Shown piece after piece: positions 60,784 through 64,000 of a stretch of DNA of 64,000 nucleotides. The stretch lies in the sequence record OR258281.1; one strand, 5' to 3'. A program made the position numbers and the translations under genes. Under the pieces are notes generated by a model, which worked only from the letters and a program-made list of their open reading frames with translations, searched no databases and had not been told where the DNA came from. Position 1 is the first letter of the stretch, and each line of letters opens with the position of its first letter.

Positions 60784-61129
60784 GAACGATATTACGTCTT
60801 TTGATTCGTTTAGTAGGTAGATCTGATAAAGATATTAATGGGCCGTGTACGTGAATACAACTATCAGTATTAAATCTGATTGTGTATTTTTCGAAGCGTT
60901 CCATTTCTTCACGCATAAACAGGGAAATTGGAATCCCTCTATTACTTTGCCACCACCATTGTTCAGCGAATTCCAGAAGTGATTTCTGTTCTTCAGGTGG
61001 CATATGGTTTAAACAATACAATGAAATATATTGTTTGCTTTTGATTTTTAATATACCTACATATTCAGTATCATTATGAATGAGTACTGTAACATATGGC
61101 ATTCTAGACTTAATATCCATATAATCCAT
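60764..61129 (-). CDS. Conserved hypothetical protein, 121 aa
   Basis: WWWQSNRGIPISLF motif; TATAAATA late promoter at 61164-61171 on the minus strand. Confidence 0.75.
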   Translation of the reverse strand: MDYMDIKSRMPYVTVLIHNDTEYVGILKIKSKQYISLYCLNHMPPEEQKSLLEFAEQWWWQSNRGIPISLFMREEMERFEKYTIRFNTDSCIHVHGPLISLSDLPTKRIKRRNIVLKKRKK

Positions 61130-61131
61130 CC

Positions 61132-61139
61132 AATAAATA
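61132..61139 (+). promoter_or_regulatory. Late promoter AATAAATA for 61183
   Basis: 44 nt upstream of ATG 61183 (AGGTGG SD). Confidence 0.65.
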
Positions 61140-61163
61140 AAGTAAATAACGATTTTACATTTT

Positions 61164-61171
61164 TATTTATA
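61164..61171 (-). promoter_or_regulatory. Late promoter TATAAATA for 61129
   Basis: tatttata on + strand; face-to-face with the 61132 promoter. Confidence 0.7.
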
Positions 61172-61182
61172 GGTGGAAAATA

Positions 61183-62157
61183 ATGTCTAGTAATGGAGTA
61201 TATACATACCCACATAACCAAGAAGCTACATTAGGTAACTTCAGTATGCCTTTTAATAATAAAAGACTGGTTATATATAAGGGTGCAAACAATCCTTTAA
61301 GTTTTACAATTCATAATGCTGATGGTAAGTACACATTACTAAAAGATAATGAATACGTGGTTTTTAGTATCTTCGATACAAGAAACAATACAAAGATTTT
61401 CGAATCTCGTTTAGAGAAAACAGCACCATCATGGGTATCTGAAGCTGGTCAGGCTAGACCTACCATTTCAATGCAGAACAAAGTATATTACACTGGTGTT
61501 GTGCCAGCAGGTATTATACAGGATCTAAGCCCCGGTACGAAATATCGCTGGAGTATTATTAAAGTACAAGAAGATGGAAATAATCTAGTACCTAATACAC
61601 AGTATCTGTATACTGGTCTGAACTATGAAGCAAGTGCTGAATTAGAAATTAGTACTCTTGCTGCACCAGTGTTTATTGGTAGTGTAGAACTTAGTGAACA
61701 AGCTAATGCGTCATTCCTTCCAATCAAAGATAAAGAGCGTCAGGATATTTCTAAAGGTGTTATTGGTGAATATGATGTACTTGGTAGTACTCCAGTACCA
61801 TCAGGTGTTCAATATGGTTTAGTTGATGGTCTAAGTACTATTGCTTTCTATTTTGATAACTTTATAGGACGATACCAGCTTCAGGGTTGTCTGAGTAATG
61901 ATGTACCAAAAGATGAAGAGAACTATAAGTGGTTCAATATTAATCTTTGTGGTTGTGATTACATCGGAAATGAACTTGATGATAAAGGCGTTCCAATCCC
62001 AATCAATGGTATAGTACCTTACAACTTCAAGGGTAATTTTATGTGGGTAAGAGTGGTAGTATGTATTCCACCTTTCATCCGTACAATTACTCCTGTAACT
62101 GTCAGAAAAGAATACAATCCATATAACACGATGCCTAAAGTACTAGTTCGAAGATAA
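61183..62157 (+). CDS. Putative virion structural protein, 324 aa
   Basis: Late promoter; beta-rich; LVIYKGANNPLSFTIHNADG resembles BppU-type N-terminal domains (weak inference). Confidence 0.55.
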   Translation: MSSNGVYTYPHNQEATLGNFSMPFNNKRLVIYKGANNPLSFTIHNADGKYTLLKDNEYVVFSIFDTRNNTKIFESRLEKTAPSWVSEAGQARPTISMQNKVYYTGVVPAGIIQDLSPGTKYRWSIIKVQEDGNNLVPNTQYLYTGLNYEASAELEISTLAAPVFIGSVELSEQANASFLPIKDKERQDISKGVIGEYDVLGSTPVPSGVQYGLVDGLSTIAFYFDNFIGRYQLQGCLSNDVPKDEENYKWFNINLCGCDYIGNELDDKGVPIPINGIVPYNFKGNFMWVRVVVCIPPFIRTITPVTVRKEYNPYNTMPKVLVRR

Positions 62158-62158
62158 T

Positions 62159-62187
62159 TGAAACACTATTCTAATGTGTTCTATACT
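62159..62187 (+). promoter_or_regulatory. Early/middle promoter TGAAAC-N17-TATACT (primase-helicase)
   Basis: tgaaac actattctaatgtgttc tatact. Confidence 0.88.
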
Positions 62188-62216
62188 ATCATGTGTAATG
62201 CTAAGGATAGTAGAAA

Positions 62217-63242
62217 ATGAATAATGTATTAACAATAATAGCGGGACTCATGCATAACCCATGTCCACCAATTGGTAGATGGGTAAAACGTGACTGTCCC
62301 GTTTGTCTTAATGGTGCTTCAGGAAGGGTACGCGGATCATATATTTTCGATAATGACAGTTTCGCTTTCCACTGTTTCAACTGTGATTTTAAAACTAACT
62401 GGAAACCCGGTTATAATATAAATCAGAAGATGATAGACTTCCTTCAAAAAGTCGGTGCTAGTTCCAATGAAATAATGCAGCTAAGTATGATGGCTAAAGA
62501 TATTATTGAAAACGGAAATTTTGAAAAGCCCGAACTTACCAATTCTGCAATATATCAGAAAATAACACAACGTCAGTTACCAAGTACTGCAAAGTCGTTT
62601 CTGGAATGGGGAAACTCAAATCCTCCACCTGACTTTGTTAAGGTACTTAATCATGTGTTTGCAAGAAACCCATATTTATTTGACTTAGATTTATACTGGA
62701 CGCCGGATAAAAATAACGATTTAAACTTTCGTTATCTTCTACCTTACTATATGAATGGTGAGATAGTTGGTTATTCTGGTCGAGATACAAGACCTTACAG
62801 TAAGTTAAAGTATTACAATCAGATTAGTACTAGCACTTTTTATAACTTTGACCTTCTTAATGATCCTAACATCAAAACTCTTTTTGTTACTGAAGGATTA
62901 TTCGATGCTGCTCTTATGGGTGGACTAGGAAGTAATAACTACAAGATGACGGATATCCAGATTGCACAGTTATTACATGCAAAGGAACGTGGTAAAAGAA
63001 TAGTACTAGTACCTGACCGTGATAAGAATGGTATTGAATCTATTAATCAAGCACTGGAACATGGATTTGAAGTTTCATTGCCAGATTGGGGAACAAAGAG
63101 AACATCAAATGGAGTTGAATTTATAAAGGACTTTGAAGAAGCCAGCAAAACATACGGAAGATTGTTTTGTACTTTACTTCTTCACAAGAGTATTTGTAAT
63201 TCAGAATTTGAAACTAAAGTATTAATGAATAAATGGATTTAA
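62217..63242 (+). CDS. gp61: DNA primase (T4 gp61/DnaG-like), 341 aa
   Basis: Zinc ribbon CPVC...FHCFNC; TOPRIM VTEGLFDA and PDRD. Confidence 0.92.
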   Translation: MNNVLTIIAGLMHNPCPPIGRWVKRDCPVCLNGASGRVRGSYIFDNDSFAFHCFNCDFKTNWKPGYNINQKMIDFLQKVGASSNEIMQLSMMAKDIIENGNFEKPELTNSAIYQKITQRQLPSTAKSFLEWGNSNPPPDFVKVLNHVFARNPYLFDLDLYWTPDKNNDLNFRYLLPYYMNGEIVGYSGRDTRPYSKLKYYNQISTSTFYNFDLLNDPNIKTLFVTEGLFDAALMGGLGSNNYKMTDIQIAQLLHAKERGKRIVLVPDRDKNGIESINQALEHGFEVSLPDWGTKRTSNGVEFIKDFEEASKTYGRLFCTLLLHKSICNSEFETKVLMNKWI

Positions 63243-63254
63243 AAGGAAGAAAAG

Positions 63255-64000
63255 ATGATCTCACAGGAAGTGAAAAACTATGATCCAAAATTCCAGCAGT
63301 TTATGCTGAGTGTTATGTTAAACGAACCTGAAATTTTTGTTCGTTGTCAGGGTATTATTAAACCTGAATATTTTGATAAAGCTTATAAGCCTGTTGTGAA
63401 CTTCGTACTTGAATATGCTGACAAGTACCGTACCCTTCCATCTCTGAAAGAAATTGAAGTTAATACTACAGCAGCATTTGAAGCAGAAGTAATTAAGAAG
63501 GAACACCGTCAAGGACACCTTGATAGTATTGAAAGTTTCTGTCGTCATAAAGCACTAGAGAATGCAATCCAGGAAGGAATGAAATGCGTTCAGGAACGTA
63601 AGTACGGTATGTTAGAAGTACTGGTCAAAGAAGCAATGCAGATTTCATTGCAGAATGACTTAGGTACTAACTATTTTGAAGATCCTGAAGGTCGTATTCG
63701 TGCACTATTTGACGAACAGGGTACTATCAGTACTGGCTGGATTGATGTTGATAAACGTCTATTCGGTGGTTTCGGTCCAGGTGAATTAGAAATCTTCCTT
63801 GCACCTTCTGGTTGTGGTAAGTCAATGCTCATGCAGAACCTTGCTGTTAACTTCAGTGCACGAATGATGAACGGCGTATACATTTCTTTGGAACTATCAG
63901 AGAACCTTGTAAACAGCCGTATTGACAGTATGATGCTTGATCGCAGCAAGAAGAATATTCAATCCAATATTGAAGACGTTGCTGCTGAGATTAAAGTACT
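63255..64000 (+). CDS. gp41: Replicative helicase (T4 gp41/DnaB-like), 5' part; not in ORF track
   Basis: MISQEVKNYD...ISTGWIDVDKRLFGGFGPGELEIFLAPSGCGKS (Walker A)...YISLELSE; runs off the window. Confidence 0.93.
   Translation, partial: MISQEVKNYDPKFQQFMLSVMLNEPEIFVRCQGIIKPEYFDKAYKPVVNFVLEYADKYRTLPSLKEIEVNTTAAFEAEVIKKEHRQGHLDSIESFCRHKALENAIQEGMKCVQERKYGMLEVLVKEAMQISLQNDLGTNYFEDPEGRIRALFDEQGTISTGWIDVDKRLFGGFGPGELEIFLAPSGCGKSMLMQNLAVNFSARMMNGVYISLELSENLVNSRIDSMMLDRSKKNIQSNIEDVAAEIKV

Overview
A 64-kb core-genome segment of a lytic jumbo myophage of the T4-related RaK2/GAP32/PBECO4-like group (about 35% G+C by eye). The assignment rests on gene content and order, not on a database search. From left to right it carries: a minus-strand baseplate module (a >2585-aa wedge protein cut by the window edge, gp6, gp25, lysozyme, gp5-like spike, hub, gp53, gp48/54-like); gp55 sigma-gp47-gp46; endonuclease VII; a gp26/gp51-like chaperone divergent from a tape-measure candidate; the head module (portal, cores, protease, scaffold, major capsid); a tail fibre plus adhesin; dsbA, B-family DNA polymerase, clamp, GroES and RNase H; terminase; SSB-UvsX-UvsY-exonuclease-UvsW; a miniature DnaE-like protein; primase; and a partial helicase. 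Ten copies of a TGAAAC-N17-TATACT promoter precede DNA-metabolism genes, NNTAAATA late promoters precede morphogenesis genes, and many intrinsic terminators are present. I found no tRNA, CRISPR array, integrase, intron or intein. The most notable observations are: (1) a probable unannotated -1 ribosomal frameshift (T TTT TTC) fusing gp26 to a gp51-like ORF, resembling the lambda G/GT tail chaperone; (2) roughly 15-fold over-representation of the palindrome AGTACT that dictates synonymous codon choice; (3) two promoter-driven, densely structured non-coding regions of about 600 and 270 nt; (4) a catalytically dead terminase-ATPase paralog coupled to TerL; and (5) a 207-aa minimal C-family polymerase alongside a complete B-family replicase.
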